The notes under the pieces are model-generated. The model searched no databases and was not told where the DNA came from. It was given only the letters and a program-made list of their open reading frames with translations. A stretch of 64,000 bases of DNA from an uncultured Cardiobacteriales bacterium (GTDB lineage Bacteria > Pseudomonadota > Gammaproteobacteria > CAYWWW01), in assembly GCA_964462205.1 (NCBI GenBank), contig CAYWWW010000002.1, forward strand, positions 71,223 through 135,222, given 5' to 3'. Both the position numbers and the translations under genes were made by a program. Of the stretch, positions 36,581 through 44,662 are shown in pieces (position 1 is the first letter of the stretch; every line of letters begins with the position of its first letter).

Positions 36581-37207
36581 ATGGCGGATTTTCGTAAAGC
36601 GCTGGTTGTGGATGACTCAAAACTTGCCCGTTTTACCTTGACTAAAATCCTCGAAAAAATGGGTTTTGAGGTCTCCGGGGTCATCTCTGGCGAGGAGGCG
36701 TTGCTTGCGGTAGAGCAAGCGCCACCAGATTTGATTTTCATGGATTTTCAAATGCCTGGCATTGATGGTTATGAAGCCAGCGCTCGTATTACCGCACAAA
36801 AATCTATTCCTATCATTATCTGCACCGCGCAAGAGGATTACGAACAGGAGTTGGCGCGTGCCAAAGCACACGGCGCTTTTGACCTGTTACGCAAACCGGT
36901 GACGGAAGAAGGTGTGGAAGGCGTGATGCAAAAAATTCACAAGCATTGGCAAGCAGCACCCCAACAAGCGGTGGTTGCTCCGGCTGCCGTGCCGGCTGAC
37001 GTGGTGACCCCGCTGCCTTCTCCCGAAATGCTGGCGGCGTTTTTTCAACAAGAAGCCGCCTGGTGTCAAAGCCAAGTGCAAGAGGCGCTGCGTGGCCTGT
37101 TGATGGAAAAAATTTCGCTCTACTTGGCCAGGGAATTAACGCCTATCTTGATGCAAAAACTTCAGGTGCATTTTCAAGAATGGTTAGAAAAGCACGGAAA
37201 AAGCTGA
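36581..37207 (+). CDS. stand-alone response-regulator receiver protein with uncharacterised C-terminal tail
   Basis: GGGAG ribosome-binding site; REC residues VVDDS, phospho-acceptor Asp in LIFMDFQMPGIDG, IICTAQ, LRKP; about 85-aa tail with no helix-turn-helix. Confidence 0.8.
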   Translation: MADFRKALVVDDSKLARFTLTKILEKMGFEVSGVISGEEALLAVEQAPPDLIFMDFQMPGIDGYEASARITAQKSIPIIICTAQEDYEQELARAKAHGAFDLLRKPVTEEGVEGVMQKIHKHWQAAPQQAVVAPAAVPADVVTPLPSPEMLAAFFQQEAAWCQSQVQEALRGLLMEKISLYLARELTPILMQKLQVHFQEWLEKHGKS

Positions 37208-37268
37208 AATTATTTTATAACCAGCTTGATAATAATCGCGTAACCTTTATTTATTCTTAGGATAAGCA

Positions 37269-37886
37269 ATGAAAACAGCATTAGTGGTGGATGATTCCCG
37301 TTTGGCGCGAATCAGTTTGACAAAAATTCTTGAAAAATTAGGCATGCAGGTAGATGCCGTTGAAAACGGTCGGGTGGCGCTGGATTTTTTGAAATCAACA
37401 GATAATCCGCGTCCTGACATTATTTTTATGGATTATTTAATGCCTGAAATGAATGGTTACGAAGCGACCAAGGCTATCAGTAGTAATCCCCATACCATGC
37501 ACATTCCCGTCATCATCTGCACCTCGCAGGAAGACGAAGACAGAGAGCGGCAACGCGCCCGCGCCAATGGTGCGCAAGGCTTTATCAAAAAGCCCATCAC
37601 CGATGAAAAAGTCAATGAAGTTATTCAAGATATGCGCTCAAAAACCCGTGCTGCACCGGCAGCGACAAGTGCACCACCTTCCGATGAAGCGCTACAAAAA
37701 TCTATCAAAACCACCTTGCAAAAATATCTGCCCGACTTAACCGCCGAGATTGCCAAAAAAGTCGAGCATGATTTACTCGAGCATCTGCAAAAGGTCGCAG
37801 CACAACAAAAAGCGCAGCATGAACAACTGGATAGCTTGCATAAACGCCTAAGTCGTATTGAGCAGTTTTTGATGAAAAAAACTTAA
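37269..37886 (+). CDS. stand-alone response-regulator receiver protein, paralogue of the upstream gene
   Basis: AGGA ribosome-binding site; REC residues VVDDS, IIFMDYLMPEMNG, ICTSQ, IKKP; Ala/Pro-rich linker then helical-looking tail. Confidence 0.8.
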   Translation: MKTALVVDDSRLARISLTKILEKLGMQVDAVENGRVALDFLKSTDNPRPDIIFMDYLMPEMNGYEATKAISSNPHTMHIPVIICTSQEDEDRERQRARANGAQGFIKKPITDEKVNEVIQDMRSKTRAAPAATSAPPSDEALQKSIKTTLQKYLPDLTAEIAKKVEHDLLEHLQKVAAQQKAQHEQLDSLHKRLSRIEQFLMKKT

Positions 37887-37906
37887 AACTGAAAAACTTA
37901 AAACTG
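37877..37906 (+). repeat. tandem duplication of a 15-bp unit (AAAAACTTAAAACTG x2) overlapping the stop codon of the second receiver gene
   Basis: two perfect adjacent copies. Confidence 0.6.
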
Positions 37907-37932
37907 AAATGCAAAAGCAGCAATGGATTTTG

Positions 37933-38556
37933 CTAAGGAACGGCAAAGCCAACTTGCCGTAAGGCTTTGGCCAGCGCTATCAATGGCAGGCCAATCAACC
38001 CGCTGGGGTCTTGATTTTCCAAGGATTCCAGCAAACTTATTCCCAAGCCCTCGCTGTGCAGACTGCCGGCGGCATCCCAAGCCGCTTCTTTCGCGAGATA
38101 GCGGTCAATTTCCGCTGGCGATAATTCGCGCACCCGTAATTTTTGGACATCCAGATGCGTAAGTGTTTGCTTTGTTTGCTGTTGAAATAAGCAAAAAGCG
38201 GTGTAACAGAGCAGATTTTGGCCGGACATTTTGCGTAATTGCTGATAAGCACCGTCACGGCTGCCGCCTTTGCCTAAAATTTCCGCATTCAGCAACAAGC
38301 ATTGATCACTACCGATCACCCAGGCATGGGGATGCCGCGCAGCAACGGCTTGCGCCTTAGCTTTGGCCAGACGCAGCGTATAGTTAGCAGCGCTTTCCAA
38401 GGCTTGCGGTGTTTCGTCAACGTCGCTAGTTTCACAAGTAAAATCAAGCTGTAAACGTTGCAGTAACGCCCGCCGATACGGCGAGGCCGAGGCCAAAAGC
38501 AAAGGCATGGTGCTGGCGGTTGCTGGGGAGCGGGGTGCGCTGGCTGGTTCTGGCAT
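37933..38556 (-). CDS. maf: Maf-like nucleotide pyrophosphatase (YceF-type)
   Basis: MPLLLASASPYRRALLQRLQL..DVDETP matches the Maf N-terminus; ATG at 38556 has AAGGAA; an alternative start at 38508 would remove a 16-aa extension. Confidence 0.8.
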   Translation of the reverse strand: MPEPASAPRSPATASTMPLLLASASPYRRALLQRLQLDFTCETSDVDETPQALESAANYTLRLAKAKAQAVAARHPHAWVIGSDQCLLLNAEILGKGGSRDGAYQQLRKMSGQNLLCYTAFCLFQQQTKQTLTHLDVQKLRVRELSPAEIDRYLAKEAAWDAAGSLHSEGLGISLLESLENQDPSGLIGLPLIALAKALRQVGFAVP

Positions 38557-38680
38557 CGTTGGTTCCTTTATTTTTAATGGCTTTAAGGCTTGCTATGCTA
38601 TTTTATTTTTCAAATTATTGGCTTATGGTTTTATTTTGATGAAAATAAACACCTGAAAAGCCCCTGGATATTTGCGGCTC

Positions 38681-39202
38681 ATGATAACACTAGATATGCC
38701 CCTGCCCTATCTGCGCTTGGCACGCGACCAAACGGTTTTACAAGGCGAGACCCCCTTGCGGGATTTTCCGCGTCTGTTGCCGGAACTGACCGATTTCCCC
38801 GCCACTGACAGCCCGCAGCTCTACTACCGATTAGCCTGGCGGCTTTGGCCAGCCTCAAGCCTCGCTGCTGCACAAGGACAATTGATCACCACCTTGCCTT
38901 TGCGCTGTCAACGGTGTTTGCTGCCATTGGCTTGGCCGCTGGTCTATGACCTGCATTGGGTATTTATTGACAAGCCGGAGGATGCTGAGGTTTTGCCGGA
39001 GGATGTAGAAGCGATTGATCCAAAAGAAGCGCTGTCGGTATTGAATTTACGCTATCTTTTAGAAGACAGCCTGCTTTTGGCGCTGCCTTTGTTTCCGCGG
39101 CATCCCGATGCGGATTGCGCGGGACTCGGCACGATTGGCAAAGCACGGCCACAGCCCTTTGCGGCACTGGCCGACTTAAAAATTCGTAAAAAAGACCCCT
39201 AA
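38681..39202 (+). CDS. yceD: YceD family protein (DUF177)
   Basis: start trimmed to the ATG at 38681; Cys pairs CQRC and DADCAGLG; position directly upstream of rpmF. Confidence 0.7.
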   Translation: MITLDMPLPYLRLARDQTVLQGETPLRDFPRLLPELTDFPATDSPQLYYRLAWRLWPASSLAAAQGQLITTLPLRCQRCLLPLAWPLVYDLHWVFIDKPEDAEVLPEDVEAIDPKEALSVLNLRYLLEDSLLLALPLFPRHPDADCAGLGTIGKARPQPFAALADLKIRKKDP

Positions 39203-39275
39203 AAAATTTTAGTAAAACTCCCCTGAAAAAATTTCTGAAAAATTTCTAAAAAATTCGCCAAAGCATCCCAATGCC
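39203..39275 (+). promoter_or_regulatory. phased A-tract array ending in the motif AGCATCCCAATGCC, upstream of rpmF
   Basis: five A5-6 tracts at roughly 10-13-bp spacing then CGCCAAAGCATCCCAATGCC (motif 39262..39275), about 130 nt upstream of rpmF. Confidence 0.45.
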
Positions 39276-39404
39276 CTGCGCTAGGTGGAGGCTAGGCCAA
39301 GCACTTTGCGCAGGTCTGGTGCAGGGTTACACGAAAAGCCTTGTGCTGCATCCTGATTTTTCTGTATTATTTGCCACTTTTTTATTTGTAACGAGGAAAC
39401 CCCT

Positions 39405-39608
39405 ATGGCCGTTCAACAAGCCCGCACCACCCGCTCCCGCCGTGGGATGCGCCGTGCCCATGATGCGCTCTCCCCACCGACTTTAAGCACCGACCCGCAA
39501 ACCGGTAAATTGCATCGTCGTCATCACATTGGTGCCGATGGTTTTTACCGTGGTCGCAAAGTCTTGTTGACCAAACAAGACAAGCAAGATAGTCAAAGCG
39601 ACGAATAA
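39405..39608 (+). CDS. rpmF: 50S ribosomal protein L32 (bL32)
   Basis: [22 protein letters not shown].. is the canonical L32 N-terminus; GAGGAA ribosome-binding site. Confidence 0.9.
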   Translation: MAVQQARTTRSRRGMRRAHDALSPPTLSTDPQTGKLHRRHHIGADGFYRGRKVLLTKQDKQDSQSDE

Positions 39609-39617
39609 ACCATTGTT

Positions 39618-40643
39618 ATGGCAAACATTACTATTGCCTTAGATGCGATGGGCGGCGATGCCGGTGTCGCGACCACCGTGCCGGCAGCCTTGGCTTGTGC
39701 GCGGCGGCATCCCGATGTCACCTGGCTTTTGGTTGGCGAAGCGGCAGCTTTAGCGGCGGCTTTGCCAAAAGTTTTGCCGAAAAATCTGGAAGTTGTACCA
39801 GCCAGCCAAGTCATTGGCATGGATGAACCGCCGCTGCAAGCCTTGCGTAGCAAACGCGATTCTTCCCTGCGTGTGGCTTTGGAACTGGTGAAAGCCGGTC
39901 GCGCACAAGGTTGTGTCAGCGCTGGCAACACCGGTGCTTTGGTGGCGGTGTCGCGTTATGTTTTGAAAACCTTTGCCGATTTGGAGCGCCCAGCCATTTG
40001 TGCGCCGATGCCGACGCGGCAAAAACCGGTGCTGATGCTGGATTTGGGTGCCAATGTGGATTGCAATCCTTTGTTATTGCAACAATTTGCGATTATGGGT
40101 GCGAGTTTGGCACAGCAAGTCTATCAGCGTCCGCGTCCCAAAGTGGCCTTGCTGAACATCGGTTCTGAAGACATCAAAGGCAATGCGCAAGTCAAAGCCA
40201 CGGCAGAATTATTGGAACAAGCGGCATTGCCGTGGTTTGATTATGTTGGTTTTGCCGAAGGGGATAGCATTTTTAGCGGCGATTATGATGTGATTGTTTC
40301 CGATGGTTTTATTGGCAATATCGCCTTGAAAACCAGCGAAGGCACTGCCAAACTTATCAGCCATTTTTTGAAAAAAAGCATTCATGCCAATTTTTTCAAT
40401 ACCTTGTTGGCGCTTCTTGCCAGTCCGTTATTACAAAATTTGAAACAAAAAATTGACCCGCGGCATTACAATGGCGCGAATTTACTGGGCTTGCGTGGCG
40501 TGGTGATCAAAAGTCACGGCAGCGCTGATGCCTTTTCTTTTCAGAATGCGTTGGAAACGGCGCGGGTCAGTATTGCGCAAAACGTGCCGGCGTTGCTGGC
40601 CGCGCATTTAGAACGAGAAAAAGAACCTGAGGAAAGGCTTTGA
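39618..40643 (+). CDS. plsX: phosphate acyltransferase PlsX
   Basis: N-terminus ITIALDAMGGD; 341 aa; rpmF-plsX-fabH order. Confidence 0.9.
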   Translation: MANITIALDAMGGDAGVATTVPAALACARRHPDVTWLLVGEAAALAAALPKVLPKNLEVVPASQVIGMDEPPLQALRSKRDSSLRVALELVKAGRAQGCVSAGNTGALVAVSRYVLKTFADLERPAICAPMPTRQKPVLMLDLGANVDCNPLLLQQFAIMGASLAQQVYQRPRPKVALLNIGSEDIKGNAQVKATAELLEQAALPWFDYVGFAEGDSIFSGDYDVIVSDGFIGNIALKTSEGTAKLISHFLKKSIHANFFNTLLALLASPLLQNLKQKIDPRHYNGANLLGLRGVVIKSHGSADAFSFQNALETARVSIAQNVPALLAAHLEREKEPEERL

Positions 40644-41596
40644 TTTATGCACGATTGGTCGGTAGTGGTAGTTACCTGCCACCGAATATTGTTACCAATG
40701 ACGATTTAGCCAAAATCGTTGACACCAGCGACACCTGGATTCAGGAGCGCACCGGCATCCGCCAGCGGCATATCGCCACCTCCGAAAGTACCTTAGACCT
40801 TGCCGAACAAGCGGCGCTACAGGCGTTGGCGGCGGCAGGCAAAAAAGCGCAAGAAATTGATTTAATTATTATTGCGACCACTACCCCTGACCGCGTTTTC
40901 CCGAGCACCGCGACTTTATTGCAAGCGCGTTTGGGGATTGCCGGTTGTCCCGCCTTTGATTTGCAAGCGGTTTGTAGCGGTTTTGTTTATGGTTTGGCGG
41001 TGGTCAATGCCTTTATCAAAACCGGACTTTGTAAAAATGCGCTCTTGGTCGGTGCCGAAACCTTGTCGCGGATTGTGGATTGGACTGACCGCTCCACCTG
41101 TGTGCTGTTTGGCGATGGCGCGGGCGCGGTAGTGATAAGCGCTGATACTGCGCCGGGAATTCTTTCCACCCATATCTATGCCGATGGAAAATATCAAGAT
41201 TTATTAACCGTCCCGAAAGGTATTGGTCAAGCGGCCAACGATTTATCGCCTTTCATTCAGATGAAAGGCAGTGAAGTTTTTAAGGTGAGCGTGGCGACTT
41301 TAGATCACCTGGTTGAAGAAACCTTGACCGCCAATAAACTCACCAAAGCGGATTTGGATTGGTTAATTCCGCATCAGGCCAATTTTCGCATCATTCAAGC
41401 CACCGCCAAGCGCTTGCAGTTGCCGATGGAACGGGTGGTTTTAACGCTGCAAAAACATGGCAATACCTCGGCGGCTTCGATTCCTTTGGCCTTGGATGAT
41501 GCTTGGCGCAGCGGTCAATTAAAGACCGGCGAATTGCTATTATTCGAGGCTTTTGGCGGTGGTTTTACCTGGGGTTCGGCACTGGTGCGCCTCTAA
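40640..41596 (+). CDS. fabH: 3-oxoacyl-ACP synthase III
   Basis: 318 aa; active-site Cys in AFDLQAVCSGFVYGL; His/Asn region (IPHQANFRI..GNTSAASIP); 4-nt overlap with plsX. Confidence 0.9.
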   Translation: MIYARLVGSGSYLPPNIVTNDDLAKIVDTSDTWIQERTGIRQRHIATSESTLDLAEQAALQALAAAGKKAQEIDLIIIATTTPDRVFPSTATLLQARLGIAGCPAFDLQAVCSGFVYGLAVVNAFIKTGLCKNALLVGAETLSRIVDWTDRSTCVLFGDGAGAVVISADTAPGILSTHIYADGKYQDLLTVPKGIGQAANDLSPFIQMKGSEVFKVSVATLDHLVEETLTANKLTKADLDWLIPHQANFRIIQATAKRLQLPMERVVLTLQKHGNTSAASIPLALDDAWRSGQLKTGELLLFEAFGGGFTWGSALVRL

Positions 41597-41638
41597 AAAT
41601 TGTTGCGTCTCTAAAAAATTTATAGCGAACTTATAAAA

Positions 41639-42115
41639 ATGGCGCAGGAAATCGAACGCAAGTTCTTGTTAAAAAATGATCTTTGGCGAGATGCGATTGT
41701 TGAAAGTCAAAGCATTCGCCAAGGCTATCTGACGGCGGAAGCGGGGAGTCGCAGCTCCATTCGCATTCGCCTGGCCGGTGAAAAAGCAACCTTGAATATC
41801 AAAAGTTTAACTTTAGGAATTTCCCGGCTGGAATTTGAATACCCGATTCCGCTGGCCGATGCCGAGGCGCTTTTGGCGTTGTGCTTGCCAGCACAAATTC
41901 ACAAAGTGCGGCATCTTGTTCCTTTTGAAGGTTTTGTTTTTGAAATTGATGAGTTTTTCGGCGATAACCAGGGTTTGCTGGTCGCCGAATTGGAATTACT
42001 TAGCGAAGCGGCGACTTTTCCACGTCCGCCGTGGCTTGGCGAGGAGGTGAGCCACGACCCGCGCTATTACAATGTGCGTTTATTGACTTCCCCTTTTAAC
42101 ACCTGGCCGAAGTAA
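41639..42115 (+). CDS. CYTH-domain protein (triphosphate tunnel metalloenzyme; class IV adenylyl cyclase/triphosphatase-like)
   Basis: N-terminal ExExK signature (EIERKFLL); 158 aa. Confidence 0.65.
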   Translation: MAQEIERKFLLKNDLWRDAIVESQSIRQGYLTAEAGSRSSIRIRLAGEKATLNIKSLTLGISRLEFEYPIPLADAEALLALCLPAQIHKVRHLVPFEGFVFEIDEFFGDNQGLLVAELELLSEAATFPRPPWLGEEVSHDPRYYNVRLLTSPFNTWPK

Positions 42116-42122
42116 TTTTGCG

Positions 42123-43961
42123 ATGTCCGATAGGCTACTTCCGCCCTTTGATGCAAAGACATTTTTGGCGACAGCGCCAGAAAAAAGCGGTGTTTATCAG
42201 ATGTATAACGCTAAAAAGCAGTGTTTGTACGTCGGTAAGGCCAAAAATCTCAAAAAACGCCTGACCAGTTATTTTCAACGCCAAGTCAGCGCCAAAACGG
42301 CGCGGCTGGTGGCGGAAATTCAACAGATTGAACTCATTATTACCCAATCCGAAGCCGAAGCGCTGCTTTTGGAAAGCAATCTCATCAAAGCTCGGCAGCC
42401 GCGTTACAACGTCCTGTTGCGCGACGATAAAAGTTATCCTTTTTTGCTTTTGGAAGATGGCGACTTTCCACGTTTGGCCTTTTATCGCGGCCATAAACCG
42501 AAAGCAGGCCAAGCCTTCGGGCCGTATCCCAATGCCCAGGCGGTGCGGGAAAATCTCGTGTTATTACAAAAAGTTTTTCGGCTGCGTGTCTGTGAGGACA
42601 GTGTGTTCAAAAATCGTGACCGTCCCTGTTTAGAGTACCAAATTCAACGCTGTAGTGCGCCTTGTGTCGGTTTAGTGGCACCTGCGGATTATCACAGCGA
42701 AGCCGAACGCGCGCGCGATTTTTTATCGGGGAAAGACGTACAGTTTTTGCTGAAACAATTGGTGGACAATATGCAGCAGGCGGCACAGGCTTTGGAATAC
42801 GAACGGGCCGCTTATTTTCGCGATCAGATCGCCCGCTTACAGCAGATGCGTCAAGAGCAAACTGTTTATAGTGACGCTGGCGATGTAGATATTTTTTCCT
42901 TGGTTGACAATGGCTTGCAGGCCGCTTTGGCCGTTTTGTGGGTGCGCCAAGGACGACTGCTCGGCAGCGACGTGCGTTTATTAACCTTGCCGGAAAGTTT
43001 AAGTACTGAGGCGATTTTGACCTCAGCAATTCCGCAGTATTATCAAAAACATTTGCCACCAAAGACCATTATTTTGCCGCAAGCGCTTAAAGCGGCAGCG
43101 CTGTGGCAAGCCGCCTGGCAACAGCAGGACGGGCAAGCGCGTCAATGTATCAGCGGCCAACACAATGCTTTACAAAAGCGTTGGTTAGCGATGGCAGAGG
43201 CCAATGCCACCCAGCATCTCCAGGCGCAAGCCGCGAAATTTGCCGCCTGGCAGGCCGGTTTTGCCGCTATCGCCGAGGTTTTGGCGCTACCGGCATTGGA
43301 ACGCATTGAATGTTTTGACATCAGCCATCAGCACGGCCAAGGCACCGTCGCCGGTTTGGTCACGTTTACGCCAGACGGTGCCTTGAAAAGCGCCTATCGG
43401 CGTTATCATATTGAAAACATTACGCCAGGCGATGACTATGCTGCCTTGGCGCAGGCGGTGACGCGGCGTTTTCGTAACACTGAAATTTATCCTGAAATTT
43501 ATCCTGATTTATTGTTGATTGATGGCGGCAAAGGTCAAGTGCAGGCAGTGCAGGCAGCGCTGGCAACCCTTGGCGCAGCTTTGCCGACCTTGCCAATGCT
43601 TGGCATTACCAAAAATAAGGAACGCAAAGCTGGTGAGGAGCGCTTTTATCGGCCAGAACTTGAGCAATTTTTGGCTTTGCCACCAACGCATCCGGCTTTG
43701 CGCTGTCTTTTGGCGATTCGCGATGAAGCACACGGTTTTGCTTTGCGCGGCGGCCAGTTACGGCAAAAAAAGCGCCTGCTGCAATCGCGTTTAGAAGCGA
43801 TTCCTGGCCTCGGCAAAAAACGTCGGCAACTGCTGTTGCAATACTTTGGCGGTTTTCGCGAAGTCGAGGCGGCGGCACCAGCCGATTTGGCCAAGGTGCC
43901 GGGCATTGGGATGACCTTAGCGCAGTTGATTTATGCGCATCTTCATGCAGAAAGTCCATGA
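42123..43961 (+). CDS. uvrC: excinuclease ABC subunit C
   Basis: 612 aa; GIY-YIG N-terminus (GVYQMYN..CLYVGKAKNLKKRL); C-terminal helix-hairpin-helix region. Confidence 0.9.
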   Translation: MSDRLLPPFDAKTFLATAPEKSGVYQMYNAKKQCLYVGKAKNLKKRLTSYFQRQVSAKTARLVAEIQQIELIITQSEAEALLLESNLIKARQPRYNVLLRDDKSYPFLLLEDGDFPRLAFYRGHKPKAGQAFGPYPNAQAVRENLVLLQKVFRLRVCEDSVFKNRDRPCLEYQIQRCSAPCVGLVAPADYHSEAERARDFLSGKDVQFLLKQLVDNMQQAAQALEYERAAYFRDQIARLQQMRQEQTVYSDAGDVDIFSLVDNGLQAALAVLWVRQGRLLGSDVRLLTLPESLSTEAILTSAIPQYYQKHLPPKTIILPQALKAAALWQAAWQQQDGQARQCISGQHNALQKRWLAMAEANATQHLQAQAAKFAAWQAGFAAIAEVLALPALERIECFDISHQHGQGTVAGLVTFTPDGALKSAYRRYHIENITPGDDYAALAQAVTRRFRNTEIYPEIYPDLLLIDGGKGQVQAVQAALATLGAALPTLPMLGITKNKERKAGEERFYRPELEQFLALPPTHPALRCLLAIRDEAHGFALRGGQLRQKKRLLQSRLEAIPGLGKKRRQLLLQYFGGFREVEAAAPADLAKVPGIGMTLAQLIYAHLHAESP

Positions 43962-44491
43962 ATTACCTCCCAAATATCTTGACCCTTAGCCGTTTTTTGG
44001 CCGCGATTCTCACCGCTTGCGCCTACTTACAGCACGCTACCGCCTTGGCGACGCTATTTTTAGCCTGGGCGGCGGTGAGCGATGTATTGGACGGCTGGCT
44101 GGCGCGGCGCTTACAGGCAACCTCGGCTTTCGGCGCAACTTTGGATTTATTTGCTGATAAGTTTTTGGTTTTATTGTTACTGGTGATTTTACTCTGGCGC
44201 AATCCCGAATTTTGGCCTAGCTTTTGGCTGGCGTTCTTGCTGACCTTGACCCTGCTGCGCGAAGGCGTGATGGCTTGGCTACGGCAACGGCAACCATTGA
44301 CGGTGAAATCTTGGGGGAAGTTAAAAACTTTCTTGCAATTCAGTGGGTTGTTTTTATTGCTGTGGCCTGCGACTTTTGCCTTTGGCTTGGCGATTTTTGC
44401 TTTGGCGACGGCGGTGGGTTTTTGGTCGCTGTGGCGCTATTGGCAAAGCGCTGGCGCTGCAAAGTCAATGAAAGCTGTTGAAAATGGGTAA
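43958..44491 (+). CDS. pgsA: CDP-diacylglycerol--glycerol-3-phosphate 3-phosphatidyltransferase
   Basis: CDP-alcohol phosphatidyltransferase motif DVLDGWLARR..G..LDLFADK; 4-nt overlap with uvrC as in enterobacterial uvrC-pgsA. Confidence 0.85.
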   Translation: MNYLPNILTLSRFLAAILTACAYLQHATALATLFLAWAAVSDVLDGWLARRLQATSAFGATLDLFADKFLVLLLLVILLWRNPEFWPSFWLAFLLTLTLLREGVMAWLRQRQPLTVKSWGKLKTFLQFSGLFLLLWPATFAFGLAIFALATAVGFWSLWRYWQSAGAAKSMKAVENG

Positions 44492-44543
44492 AAATACGAT
44501 GGAAGGAAAAGAATGCTAGGCGGTATAAAAGAAATGCAAGAAA

Positions 44544-44627
44544 TACCGGAGGTCGGACTCGAACCGACACTGTGTCACCACAATCGGATTTTGAATCCGA
44601 CGCGTCTACCGATTTCGCCACTCCGGC
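44544..44627 (-). tRNA. tRNA-Leu (anticodon CAA)
   Basis: minus-strand sequence GCCGGAGTGGCGAAATCGGTAGACGCGTCGGATTCAAAATCCGATTGTGGTGACACAGTGTCGGTTCGAGTCCGACCTCCGGTA folds as a class II tRNA with long variable arm; anticodon loop TTCAAAA; CCA not encoded. Confidence 0.85.
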
Positions 44628-44662
44628 AAGGAAGTGCGGCATTATAGGGATTTTTTTTGGCC

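Noticed and set aside
39203-39260. Considered the AT-rich tandem arrays (also 45840..45907) as a CRISPR array or minisatellite
   Set aside because: Units are 10-14 bp, imperfect, with no spacers and no cas genes; better explained as phased A-tracts in promoter regions.
39271-39486. 71-aa plus-strand ORF starting at the ATG inside the AGCATCCCAATGCC motif upstream of rpmF
   Set aside because: Overlaps the rpmF start region in another frame; Pro/Ala-rich low-complexity product; the ATG is better explained as part of the conserved motif.
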